From Eledone cirrhosa (Eukaryota): DNA of 64,000 nucleotides. Under the pieces are notes generated by a model. That model did not search any database. It saw nothing but the letters and a program-made list of their open reading frames with translations, and was not told the origin of the DNA. Numbering within the stretch: position 1 is the stretch's first letter; each line of letters begins with the position of its first letter. The translations under genes were made by a program, and so were the position numbers. This document shows, piece by piece, positions 14,419 through 29,136 of the stretch. The stretch spans positions 24,614,001 through 24,678,000 of the forward strand of contig OZ024763.1 of the NCBI GenBank assembly GCA_964016885.1, read 5' to 3'.

Positions 14419-14632
14419 ACATTACATATTGCATTACGTATGAATGCTTCTCACACTCAGGGAATATCAAATACTAGTTTGTGGTTCGTTGTAACAGGTT
14501 TTTGTTAATAGAGATATGTGTACCGACTTAACAGATAGGACAATCATGTGGAGAACCCTAGTTAGAACATATCAGTGCTTAAGGTTGAATCCGCCGCGCC
14601 CGCCCTTTCAATCTTTCTAATTTCTCATTCTT

Positions 14633-14668
14633 TCTTCTGATGAAGGACTAGCGTCCGAAACGTTAAGA
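14633..14668 (+). ncRNA. Minimal hammerhead ribozyme (family A, best copy)
   Basis: tctt CTGATGA a ggac tagc gtcc GAAA cg TTA aga: canonical core, 4-bp stem II, ACGT palindromic stem III. Confidence 0.85.
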
Positions 14669-14794
14669 CCCTCTTCCTGCTATTTCAAGCGTTAACCTGA
14701 TATATTCCTTACATATACTGTACCGATAGTGTTGTTATTTCTGTTTACCTTTTACATACACACACATGTGAGTGTATATATGTATATATATACA

Positions 14795-14904
<110 letters not shown>

Positions 14905-14921
14905 GAGAGAGAGATATATAT

Positions 14922-15117
14922 AACGAAGGAACTGTGGTAAGGAACCAGTTGGACCATAACGCACCAGAGTACTCAATACTTAGGGTAGTAGAGTGGGTAA
15001 TAGGAAAAGGTATGACCCCGACGGCAGAGTTCAAACCTTTTCGACGGCTATTTCTGTGTCCAGAAATAGCCGTCGAAACGGCTTGAGCTCTACCGTCGGG
15101 GTCATACCTTTTCCTAT
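14922..15117 (-). mobile_element. Family B fold-back element (118-bp hairpin at 15000-15117)
   Basis: Arms 15000-15056 and 15061-15117 with a TGTC loop. Arms carry the HHR 3' half GAAA cggc..TC gggg. Flanked by (TA)n. Confidence 0.8.
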
Positions 15118-15176
15118 ATATATATATATATACACTCTACCCACAGTGCGCTTAAGATAACATAAGTGTATGACAC

Positions 15177-15227
15177 TATCTGACGAAAGCGTACTTAAAT
15201 ATTAGTACCCTTGAAATGCGTATAATA
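15177..15227 (+). ncRNA. Type I hammerhead ribozyme (family C)
   Basis: tat CTGACGA aagcgtact taaatatt agtaccctt GAAA tgcgta TA ata, followed by AATAAA. Confidence 0.75.
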
Positions 15228-15374
15228 AAATAAATATGGTTTGTAAAGATATTTTCCATTTATTAATATTGTTGATATTATTGATACTCCAGATAAATAC
15301 TGTAGAGTACTTCTAATCTGTTGCAAAATTAACTTTGTTGAATAATCAACAAACCATATTGTTTAAATATATTT

Positions 15375-15447
<73 letters not shown>

Positions 15448-15591
15448 CAAAATATTAATAAATGGACAGATTCACATAATCAAAATATATGTTTTATTAT
15501 ATATATTTCAGTACGTCCTCATCAGATAAAATACATAAATTGATGTATGACATACCTCAACTGTGCTGATGGTTCAATTCCAGTCTTGGCA

Positions 15592-15651
<60 letters not shown>

Positions 15652-15761
15652 GCATATCTCTCTCTCTCTATATATATATACACACACACAAACACACACA
15701 CATATATATATATATATCGATATCTTTATGTGCACAGGTACATACACACCTACACATAAAC

Positions 15762-15816
<55 letters not shown>

Positions 15817-16671
15817 ATTATATATATATATATATATATATAAAGCCTATACACATACGTACAGCCACACACATACATGTACATATATATATTTACAGAG
15901 GCATATATACACAGACACACACAAATGGATATTTTGGTGTGTATCACACATTAGAATGCTTGTTTGTTGGTGTGTAAAAACTGAACATATACACAACTAT
16001 TCCTCCATTGCTGACAAATTTCAGCCTCCTAGTTCTGTTATCAAGAGCAGACTGAAGGAGCGCATTGGGAGTAATAAAACGTTGCTATCGCAACCTCTCA
16101 CGTGCGGTAGTCGATTTCTCCTGATTCTACTGATTCTACACCAAAAAGCTTCCAGGCATTTGGCACTCCACCAAGTCAAGTTGTCTAAAGGAGTCGATAT
16201 TTATTTCTAACCATCGCGAATCTGTTATCCACTTGACTGCCAACATAGCAATGTCAAGACCTGCTAATTGTATCTGAATAACCATTGAATAACCATTGAC
16301 TAACAACAACATCAACACTACCACACGCCAACACATACCCTCATGAACGTTGTACAAACCCAAACCCAAACCCAGCCCAAATCTATACTATACTTTACTA
16401 CACTACACATAACAGCAACACTAATACCAGCTACAAACATTAAGGACACTGAAGCCGGAGCCGTCTTCTGCTACCTCCTCCTTCTCCTCCTCCTCCTCCT
16501 CCTCCTCCTCATCGTCATCATCATCATCATCATCATCGTCGTCGTCGTCATCGTCGTCGTTGTCATTACCTGGCACATATACACAAATCAGTATATACAC
16601 ACATATGAACTTCTCATTCATATTTGTATACATGTGTGTGTGTCTACATATATATGTGTATACATATAGCG

Positions 16672-16771
<100 letters not shown>

Positions 16772-16876
16772 TATACATAAGATTATATATGTATATGTAT
16801 ACATATACATATATAATGTTATGTATATATATATATATTATATATATATATACATATACATATATAATTTTATGTA

Positions 16877-16926
<50 letters not shown>

Positions 16927-16991
16927 CATATATACATAAGATTATATATGTACATGTATATATGTATGTGTGTGTGTATATATATATATAT

Positions 16992-17034
<43 letters not shown>

Positions 17035-17113
17035 TATACATATATACATATATAATCTTATGTATATATATATTATGTATATATATATATGTGTGTGTGT
17101 ATATATATATATA

Positions 17114-17147
<34 letters not shown>

Positions 17148-17302
17148 CACTCATCATCACGTCGTTATTGGTTAACAATAACACTATTAACCACTTATAT
17201 ATTCATTTCTGTCCTCGTCCTTTCCATTTCTCTTCCTCGTCCAAACACACTGATACACATACATATATAAATACACACATATATATGTGAGTGTGTATAT
17301 TC

Positions 17303-17383
<81 letters not shown>

Positions 17384-17457
17384 TACATATGTATATGTAT
17401 GCATATATATACAGTATATATATATGCATATATATATATGTATGTATATATATATAT

Positions 17458-17536
<79 letters not shown>

Positions 17537-17663
17537 TATATATATATTAATATATATTAATATATATATATATATATGCATATATATATATTAATATATA
17601 TTAATATATATATATATATATGCATATATATATATTAATATATATATGCATATATATATATTA

Positions 17664-17702
<39 letters not shown>

Positions 17703-17726
17703 TATATATATATATGCATACATATA

Positions 17727-17766
<40 letters not shown>

Positions 17767-17927
17767 TATATATATATATGCATACATATATGCATATATA
17801 TATATTAATATATATATATTCTTACACATATCGATATATGTGTCTGTGTGTATACATATATATATGAGTGGCTATATATATATCCATTTATACGCACACA
17901 TATCTCCTCTCTCGCTCTCTCTCTCTC

Positions 17928-18006
<79 letters not shown>

Positions 18007-18319
18007 GTGTGTATGTATATGTTTAGAGAGAGAGGAGTAGAGAGAGAAATAAAGAGTGAGAGGGAGGGAGCGAGAGAAAGAGAGAGGGGGAGATAGACAG
18101 AGAGAGAGAGAGAGCGAGAGCCGGGGGGGCAGTTCCAATCAAAAGCTCTTGTGTCTTTCAAGCGATATCTGTTCAGCCACCATTGCCGTTATTAAATGTA
18201 ACTCTGTGTGCAACACTTGACGTCCAGCGGACATACACAAAAGTTATGAGGCCTTTTCAAAATACTTCACTACAACGGTGTAATAATTCTACTAATATAT
18301 ATGTATATGTATATATGTA

Positions 18320-18800
18320 TCCTTCACTCACTCATTCTCTGTCACTACCTCTCCTCCTCCTCCTCTTTTTTCCCATTTGACCTGTGAGTAATTCTTTTCT
18401 CTCGCACTCTCGGCCAAACTGGTCGGATTTTTTTCTCTCTCTCGTCTACGATTTCACAGAACTTATGTTTACCGAATTCGCAGACCAGACCCCTTCTTCC
18501 TCCCGTTAGACCTGTGCCAAATTCCTTCCTTGCTCACATTTCAACCAGGTTTGATGGTCTTTATTCTCTCGTTCACGATTTCACCGAACTTAAATTCATA
18601 GAAATCTGGGACTTGTCTCTTTCTTCCTCACTTTCTGTTGCTTCACCATTTTATTTGTTTACCCTCGCGTCCCCTTTACTTACGTGTCCCAACGACTTTT
18701 TTTAGCCGTTGCACGCACCAACCGGAGGTATATGGTCTTTAAAGCGATGAAATGCCTATGATAGTTGGAAGATCACTGATGAAGGACAAACTTTTTTCAT
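18320..18800 (+). mobile_element. Family R monomer, 5'-truncated
   Basis: Highly similar to 3580-4060; ends at CTGATGAAGGAC..TTCAT abutting (TA)n. Confidence 0.75.
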
Positions 18801-18950
18801 ATATATATATATATTAGAAAGTGAGTTTTTTTTTACAAATTGAAAAATAACCGAGGTGCCCTACACGAGTGAAAGTATAAAGAAAAGGAGATGAAATCGA
18901 AAATGCAACTGTAGTCTTATTTTTTTTAAAAATATATATTTATTTGGTTC

Positions 18951-18986
18951 CTTTACCGGTTTCGCAGTTCTTCTGCTTTTCAAAAG
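18951..18986 (-). ncRNA. Minimal hammerhead, U3-A8 core variant, within a ~210-bp element (18814-19030; second copy 31520-31722)
   Basis: Minus strand reads ctt TTGAAAA gcag aagaa ctgc GAAA ccgg TA aag, then AATAAA. Confidence 0.7.
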
Positions 18987-19029
18987 TAGAGTAGAGATGG
19001 AGGGTCTGTGGTTTTTCTCACATCTGAGA

Positions 19030-19117
<88 letters not shown>

Positions 19118-19170
19118 TATAGAGGTGTGACATATATATATATATATATATATTTTAAATATAGAGGTGT

Positions 19171-19231
<61 letters not shown>

Positions 19232-19232
<1 letters not shown>

Positions 19233-19668
19233 TATAAGTTAAAACAATGAAATAAAGAATCAAGTCATTAGAGATATACTTCACTGCTTTACAATCGTTT
19301 CTAGATGGTGATAATACATTGTATCTATACTCAGTTATTGATCTATGTAAGTTTACAAACTATCAGATAGAGAGAATATTTACTTACATGCATATCACCA
19401 GCTGATAGAATGTAAACTTACATAAATCAATAACTGAGTATAGATACAATGTATTATCACCATCTAGAAACGATCGTAAAGCAGTGAAGTATATCTCTAA
19501 TGACTTGATTCTTTATTTCATTGTTTCAACTTATATCATGACTCTGTTTTCCTTTTAATGTTTTATCGTTTTCTGAGATTTATCTTAACCTACAACATTT
19601 TCAACATATGGATTACATTGAGTTCTTCATACAGAATAGACCCCACAACTCACAGTGGATACCTCTGT
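19232..19668 (+). mobile_element. Fold-back element with 135-bp inverted arms
   Basis: 19232-19366 is the reverse complement of 19402-19536 (few mismatches, 35-nt spacer). Contains GAAACGATCGTA and a TTGAGTTCT tail. Related to 55141-55776. Confidence 0.8.
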
Positions 19669-19708
<40 letters not shown>

Positions 19709-20156
19709 ATGTGTGTGTGTGTGTGTGTATATATTTATATATAATATACATATATATACACATTTAACTTGGTGTCCTTGAAATATGTATAATGAAATAA
19801 ATATGGTTTTATAAATATAGTTTCCATTTATTAATATTGTATATCTACTCCAAATATTTGTCGAGTGCTTTATATCAGTTATAATAATAAGTGCTTGTTG
19901 TATCCCAACAATTTAAATAGAACTTTTGCATATATATATATATATACATATAGTATTAGTTATACTATCTATGGTTATGTAAATCCAAAACCTTATGCAG
20001 TTATAAGTATTTTACATACACCCTAAATAGTGGTAGGCAGTAATGTATTACTACCTTATTACCAGTAAGTTAAGTAGCTCAATGTAAAAACATCAGATGA
20101 TTTACAGAGCAGTTATATGAAATATAAGAATCAAAGAACTGTTCAAAACATTATTG

Positions 20157-20203
20157 TGCTTACAGCTGTTTCCTCCAAACCGAGGTTTGGATTCTTCGGA
20201 GCA
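20157..20203 (-). ncRNA. Type I hammerhead, U4C core variant (left arm of inverted repeat)
   Basis: Minus strand reads tgct CCGAAGA at ccaaacc tc ggtttgg ag GAAA cagctg TA agca. Confidence 0.7.
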
Positions 20204-20680
20204 ATTTATTAATGCATGGACAGTTATATGACCTCCTTTTCAGCCGAGAGACATACCGATACATATTCAGACATTGTGGGTCAACATTCATTACAGAATT
20301 TAGAGTGGCAGTATGCTTATAACATTTCTCCACACACATATATCAATCATATAAAGAATTTGCCACCAGATCTACCAACCTAACACTCTTGTTCACCTGC
20401 CTAAGTGCCTCTACCACACATATCTCTCTGCCACACTATATAAACAAGACGCACATGCGTGCCACACATATAACATTTGCACTATATAACCGCTTATCTT
20501 CATGTATTTTAACCTGTATTTTTGATTTTTGATTGTACCTCTTAATATAAATGTAATCTCGAAGTGTGTACTGCCACTCTAAATTCTGTAATGAATGTTG
20601 ACCCACAATGTTTGAATATGTATCGGTATGTCTCTCGGCTGAAAAGGAGGTCATATAACTGTCCATGCATTAATAAATTT

Positions 20681-20727
20681 TGCTCCGAAGAATACAAACC
20701 TCGGTTTGGAGGAAACAGCTGTAAGCA
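20681..20727 (+). ncRNA. Type I hammerhead, U4C core variant (right arm of ~200-bp inverted repeat 20114-20313/20569-20769)
   Basis: tgct CCGAAGA atacaaacc tc ggtttggag GAAA cagctg TA agca. Confidence 0.7.
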
Positions 20728-20780
20728 CAATAATGTTTTGAACAGTTCTTTGATTCGTATATTTCATATATATACATATA

Positions 20781-20887
<107 letters not shown>

Positions 20888-21117
20888 ACATACGCATATA
20901 TATATATATATATATATATGTATACATATATATGTATACATATATATATATATATATGCGTATGTATATATATATATATAGAGAGAGAGAGCGGAAGGGA
21001 GAGAGAGAGAGAGGGGTGGAGACGGATAGATAGATACATATGTATGTGTGTATATATATATATATACATATCATGTGGGGTCTATACATTTGAATTAGCA
21101 ATGTATATATCTATATA

Positions 21118-21147
<30 letters not shown>

Positions 21148-21148
<1 letters not shown>

Positions 21149-21280
21149 TGGGGTTTAACCTTGCGTTGGACTGACGTCCTGTCCAGGGGGAGTCTAGTGT
21201 TCTCAGTCGCTTCATGCCATGACACCGGGATAAGCACTCGCCAAATGAGCCTTCTGGCTTAAGACAGACTTTACACTTTA
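21148..21280 (+). mobile_element. SINE family 2, 3' part
   Basis: Matches 62706-62835 (TGGACTGRCGTCCTGTCC...CCTTCTGGCTTAAGACAGACTTTA). Confidence 0.8.
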
Positions 21281-21281
21281 G

Positions 21282-21401
<120 letters not shown>

Positions 21402-21504
21402 GTGAAACGATTCAGGACCCCGACGGCTGAGCTCCGGCCGTTGCGACAGGTTGATCCGAACAGGTCGGATCTACCAGAGACATGCGCCATTTGTTTGATA
21501 TGTT

Positions 21505-21591
<87 letters not shown>

Positions 21592-21604
21592 TACATATAT
21601 ATTT

Positions 21605-21653
<49 letters not shown>

Positions 21654-21658
<5 letters not shown>

Positions 21659-21772
21659 AAGGACTAACGTCCGAAACGTTAAGACCCACTTCCTGCTATT
21701 TCAAGCGTTACCCTAATATATTCCTTTCATATACTGTACCGATTGTGTTGTTATTTCTGTTTACCTTTTACA

Positions 21773-21773
<1 letters not shown>
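21654..21773 (+). mobile_element. Family A HHR element truncated within the catalytic core, embedded in (TA)n
   Basis: (TA)n-TGATGA a ggac taac gtcc GAAA cgTTAaga, with a tail nearly identical to 14669-14757. Confidence 0.8.
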
Positions 21774-22887
<1,114 letters not shown>

Positions 22888-22930
22888 GTATGTAAAAGGT
22901 AAACAGAAAAAACAACACAATCGGTATAGT

Positions 22931-22982
<52 letters not shown>

Positions 22983-22986
<4 letters not shown>

Positions 22987-23385
22987 AAAGGATAACAAGA
23001 ATGATTGGTTACTCCTTCATTACATTTATTGGTAGGTGACGCGCGTTTCAATACATATCGAACCTTGAGCTGATCAGTGGCGAAACGCGCGTTGCCTAAT
23101 AATAAATGTAATGACGGAGTAAGAAAATTTTCTTATACCATTTTAAAGGGTCCGTCGACCTGCCGATTATTGAGTCGAGTAAGATCGATACAGATCGCAC
23201 CTTGAGCTGATCAGTGGCGAAACGCGCGTCACCGACCAATAAATGTAATGAAGGAGTAACCAATCGTCCTTGTTATCCTTTCAATATATTACACTCTGTA
23301 TAGCTCTACACCTCAACACAGAAGTGAACCTAAACATCGAGTGCTCTCCCGGGTGAACCTGCAGTAACTCCAAGTTGCACTCCCT
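22983..23385 (+). mobile_element. PLE-like terminal structure: inverted piece plus two tandem HHR-like repeats
   Basis: 22983-23049 is the reverse complement of 23219-23287. ACCTTGAGCTGATCAGTGGCGAAACGCGCGT occurs at ~23062 and ~23199. AATAAA and TCGAGTGCT tail present. Related piece at 62890-62963 (-). Confidence 0.7.
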
Positions 23386-23495
23386 ATATATATATATATA
23401 TATGAAAAACATGGGGAGAAGAATACTGCATGGTTGCACATGGATTACATATTATAAAATTAGTCCCTCATCAGTGATTTGCCAACGATCATTGG

Positions 23496-23607
<112 letters not shown>

Positions 23608-23711
23608 TATTATTCTTGTTACTGTTGTTATCTGTATCACGCTGTTCCAATAGTTTCTACCTGTTATCTTTAATCAAAGTATAGTAACAGATGATTGTTG
23701 CTTGGACTTAA

Positions 23712-23892
23712 CAATTGTTTCTACTTTTGGCACAAGGCTAGCAATCAACCCAGTGCATTACTGGTACTTTATTTTATCGACCCCGTAAGGATAAAAGGCA
23801 AAGTTAACCTCGACGGGAATTGAACTCTGACCATAAAGGGACGTAACTATGCTAGAAAGCATGGTGTCCGACTCTCTACCGATACTGCCAAA
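23712..23892 (-). mobile_element. tRNA-derived SINE family 1
   Basis: Near-identical to 12061-12241, including flanks. Confidence 0.85.
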
Positions 23893-23930
23893 TATTGGTT
23901 CGAGAGTAGAAGTAGTGTTAGTGGTGGTTC

Positions 23931-23974
<44 letters not shown>

Positions 23975-24265
23975 TATATAAATATAATATACACATAAAT
24001 ATATCATATATACTTTATATATATAAATATATTATATATACGTTATATATGCACATATAAATATAATATGTATATAAATATATCATATACACGTTATATA
24101 TACATATATAAATATAATATACCCATAAATGTGTTATATATACGTTATATATACTTATATAAATATAATATACAAATATAATATAATTTATTATATATAG
24201 ATATATAAATATATATATCTATATCTATCTGTTTATCTATCTATCTATTTATATATTTACATGTA

Positions 24266-24343
<78 letters not shown>

Positions 24344-24722
24344 AACATTACCTATATATATACACATTATATATACGCTATATATACGTTATATATACAT
24401 AAATGTATTATATATAGATATATAAATATATGTATATAAATATATTATCTTATATATAACGTTCTTAATGTATAAGTTTTGATCTAGCAATAATGACGTC
24501 GTAAGTTTAATTTCCATATTCATGTTGATATGGAGTGTTGTCTCCTTGAGCAAGACACTCCATGTCACTTTGCTGTAGTAAACACAACTGAAAGAAACAC
24601 AAAACCACTGACAGCAGCAACAGTAGCAGCAATAGCAACAGCAGCAGCATCAGCTGTAGTAGCAGTAGCTGTGGGGTTAAGTGTTAGTTCATGAAAGGGA
24701 AGAGCTGTTGTCGACCAGAAGA

Positions 24723-25317
24723 TCAGACGAGGCGCCGACAGTCCCCTTTCGGGAAGGGCTGGTAGTGGTGGTCATGAGGTAACTCGGTGCGACAAGAAAC
24801 TGGTGTTGAGTAACAAGTATAACAAATTTGGCGTTCAGAAATATCGATTTCTCCTCGGTATTGATTGTTATGTCCTTGTTTTGACTGCTGCTCTTGTTGT
24901 TGTTGGTTCTGTTGCTGGTGGTGGTGGTGGTGGTGGTGGTGGTGGTGGTGGTGATTATAGGTCTGGCGGTGGGTATTGTAGTAGTGGTGTTGGTGGACAT
25001 GGTGGTGGTGGTGGTGGTGGTGGTGAAGTTTATAGTTCTGCTGGTGGAGGTGATAGTGGTGGTGGTGGGAATTATGGTCCTCAAGGTGGTGGTGGTGGTG
25101 GTAGTAGTGGTGATTATTGTGGTGGTGGTGGTGGTGGTGGTGTTTGTTGCAGCTGCTGATATTGTTGTAATCATTGGGGTTGATGTTGCTGTTGTTGTTG
25201 TCATTGTTGTTGTTGTTGATATCTTCCTTGTTATTGTCATTGTGCTTGTTGTTGTTGTTGTTGTTGTTATTATTGATGATGGTGAAATTTGATTTCAGAT
25301 TTTTGAAAAGTAAAAAA
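24723..25317 (-). CDS. Possible low-complexity (Asn/His/Gln-rich) terminal exon, unverified
   Basis: Stop-free frame ...[12 protein letters not shown]...HHHHHH...[64 protein letters not shown]. No ATG and no convincing splice acceptor; a Thr-rich overlapping frame is also open. Confidence 0.3.
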
Positions 25318-25369
25318 AATTATTTTTGGAATCTGTTTACATAAGAAGCTGTGTATGTATGTATGTATG

Positions 25370-25460
<91 letters not shown>

Positions 25461-25481
25461 ATGTATGTATGTATATATATT

Positions 25482-25544
<63 letters not shown>

Positions 25545-25555
25545 GTGTATAAATG

Positions 25556-25607
<52 letters not shown>

Positions 25608-25858
25608 AATATATATATGTATGTGTGCGTATGTATGTGTATCTATATATCTATGCATGAGTGTATATGTATATATGTATATATGTATACTCATACACTC
25701 ATACACTCTCTCTCGCACATACACACACACACATATATATTTATACACATATATATAATGGCATTACCCATAATGCCGTGTTCCTTCTTCACATTGATTA
25801 CATCAAACTAATAAAAGTCGACATTTAAGTTTAAAAGAAATGGCAACAACAACAACAA

Positions 25859-25896
<38 letters not shown>

Positions 25897-26126
25897 TTAA
25901 TATAAATAAAACAAAAAAGAATAAAAAATAAAATTTAAAAAATATATAGAAAGAAAACAAGTAGATGTAAACAGCCGTGAAATGTGAGTGATATGTAAAT
26001 TGGAGAGGTCAGTGCAGGTCATAGGGTTAATATTGGTCTAAATTTAAAGTGATAATTTGGTAGGTTGAGTATAACGATAGCCCGAGGAAGTTTTTCAGAC
26101 ATAGAAATCTATACCTGAGTGGATGT

Positions 26127-26165
<39 letters not shown>

Positions 26166-26227
26166 AGAGAGATGTTATAGATATATAGATATAGATATAT
26201 TCATTGATAGATATGTCACAGACAAAC

Positions 26228-26271
<44 letters not shown>

Positions 26272-26550
26272 GGAGAGAGATGTTATAGATATAGATATAT
26301 ATATATATTCATTGATAGATATGTCACAGACAAACATGTATACGTATATATATATATATATAAATATATATATATAAATATATATGTATATATATATGCA
26401 TATATATATATAATATCTATATTATATCTATATATAATATATATATGCATATATATATATTATATATATATATAATATATATATTATATATATATATAAT
26501 ATATATATTATATATATATATATATATATTCATACATACAGAGAACGAGG

Positions 26551-26611
<61 letters not shown>

Positions 26612-26692
26612 AGAGATTATCTATAATACATAATATATATGTATATATATATACATACATATATACATATATATATGAGTTAATAGATATGT

Positions 26693-26821
<129 letters not shown>

Positions 26822-26888
26822 GGAGAGAGAAATAGAGATATAGAGAGAGAAAGAGTGTGAGGTTATATATAATATATAATTTATATAT

Positions 26889-26921
<33 letters not shown>

Positions 26922-26961
26922 CCCTATTGCTCTAATGTGTCCACAAAACACACATACGCAC

Positions 26962-26993
<32 letters not shown>

Positions 26994-27793
26994 GGGAGCA
27001 AACATATATATATTATATTATAGTGTTATATTATGCATGTATTATATATTATAGTTCACGATTAAAAAAGACAAACAGACAAACACAGCGATACAATTAC
27101 GCAAAGTCTGATTAATTTCACGTTCGTTGTAAAGGAAAAAGTAATATATTACCGTATCGGATGTTAATCGTTCATCAGAAAAGGTTAAAGTTGGGAGAAA
27201 GAGGAGCCTGAAGAAAAAATGATTTATATTATATATATTACATAATGTCTTATATTATATATGATACATTATATTATATATATAATTTATATATGATATA
27301 GTTTGTGAAGCAGAATAGAAGTCCAATTGCTTAGGAAAAAGACGAAGGCGGGCATTGGAAGCTTCCTACATCATGGAAAGCACACCGTAATTTAACTTGG
27401 TGTCCTTGAAATATGTATAATGAAATAAATATGGTTTTATAAATATAGTTTCCATTTGTTAATATATCGTATATATATATATATATATATATATAAGAAA
27501 TAGAGTGTAGTAGGATCCCAAGTGGACCATAATAGACACAATACTTAGGGTAGTAGAGTTCGGATCTAGCTGTCGAAAGGCCGGAGCTCAGCGGACGGAG
27601 TCCTGACTCTTTTCTAGAATAGTTAAACCATTATTCAACAGAGTACTTGATACTTGGGATAGTAGAGTATGTCTATATTAGAAAGATCGGGGCCAGACGG
27701 CAGAGCTCTTGCCGTTTCAACAGCTAGTCCCAGGTCAGAACTTGAATAAGGCTCTAGCTAGTTTACAATTGGTTCTATCATGAAATGTATATA

Positions 27794-27839
<46 letters not shown>

Positions 27840-27843
27840 CATA

Positions 27844-27879
<36 letters not shown>

Positions 27880-27894
27880 TATATATGTATATAT

Positions 27895-28503
27895 GTCAGG
27901 TCGCCAGTTGGTGCTACTGGTAACATGTATCCCAGTACAACCTGTCCCATGGTCGGGTCGTTGGCGACTAAACTGGCAACCCCACCAAGGTTTCTTGGTG
28001 AGGAGGGTGACTTTGGACATCCTGCAGGACTAAAAACAAAACCTGTCAAAGGGCAAAGGAGCTCTTAAGAGTCAATGGCCATCCAAAATCACCGGGAGAG
28101 ATGACCCCTTAGCCTTTGTCAAGGCAGAATTCTAGGAGAAGGAAAACTCTGATATAACACCTGCAACCCTGATGGTATCCAATGATGTTGACTTGTTCTT
28201 CTTTTTGGTAAATATCATCTTGGTTAAGAGAGTGGGACTGGCTTTGTGCAGTGCCTTTGCTCACTATAAAAGCTTCACGGCACAGGCATTGCTTTATATC
28301 TGGAGATCTCTCTACACTTGTCGTCACATGGTACCATGGGCCCAGCACTATGTGTCAGTAATTGTCACAAGTGTAGTGTTTGTACCAGAGTTTTCAAGTC
28401 GCTGGCTGGACTAAAAAGTCACACTCGTTCAGCGCATCGGTAGGGGTTCTCCTACATGGATATAAAGTAGTGGCCGTACTCGAAAACGAGTTGGCAGCCA
28501 CCA
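27895..28503 (+). mobile_element. Non-autonomous bipartite RTE-derived element, copy 1
   Basis: RTE 5'UTR-like CTAGGAGAAGGAAAACTCTGA joined to a 3' end encoding [25 protein letters not shown] (C2H2). TATG/TA flanks; near-identical copies at 36894 and 45414. Confidence 0.75.
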
Positions 28504-28523
28504 TGTATATATATATGTATACT

Positions 28524-28566
<43 letters not shown>

Positions 28567-28574
28567 GCATATAA

Positions 28575-28614
<40 letters not shown>

Positions 28615-28648
28615 AGATTTGAATGGATACAGTTTAGTTGAAAGGAAT

Positions 28649-28765
28649 TTATTGACACGTGTTTCTATAACAGTTACATAACCTAAAACAGCTATCTACA
28701 AACTTTTAGTTATGCAGACATTCAATATTTCAATGTTATTGTTTACTGTCATTTCATCAGAATAA
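28649..28765 (-). ncRNA. Type I hammerhead with 70-nt loop II insertion
   Basis: Minus strand reads ttatt CTGATGA a atgacagt [70 nt] actgttat a GAAA cacgtg TC aataa: stem I 5 bp, stem II 8 bp, palindromic stem III, GUC site. Confidence 0.75.
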
Positions 28766-29136
28766 TATTACTGAGGACCTATTTAGTTTTTATAGAGAAT
28801 ATTAGGAGGAAGGGGTGAAGTTGTTAGAAGAATAGTTGAAGGAGTGGTTTTTCGATAGCAGTGAGAATTCTTGGTGGCAGTGATTAATTAGATTCCCATC
28901 TGTTGTTTTGACATTTTTTATAGAATATATTATTGGTTATTTTTCTAAATCTATAGAAGGATTAGAGATAGTAAAGATATGCGTGGTTGGTTTTGTGTTT
29001 GCACTTAACATTCAGACTTAAATTTTTCTTTCAAGTGTACGTATTCTTTCACCCACGCATTCACACACAAATATATTTGCACACCTCTACAAAATACTAT
29101 ATATATATAGGAAAATATATAGTCCATATGGACTGT

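Noticed and set aside
15990-16290. Possible exon in unique sequence (PPSSVIKSRLKERIG... or SISPDSTDSTPKSFQAFGTPPSQVV*)
   Set aside because: No recognisable homology, and I could not define a consistent splice and frame solution.
27150-27178. Hammerhead on minus strand (CTGATGA acgat taac atcc GATA cgg TA)
   Set aside because: GAAA is mutated and stems I/III are broken; counted only as a decayed copy. The same applies to 31402-31451 (+), 50300-50370 (-) and 50864-50895 (+).
28770-29060. GIY-YIG endonuclease remnant upstream of the 28649 ribozyme (also near 31130-31170)
   Set aside because: Position fits a PLE, but the translation is too decayed to support a call without a profile search.
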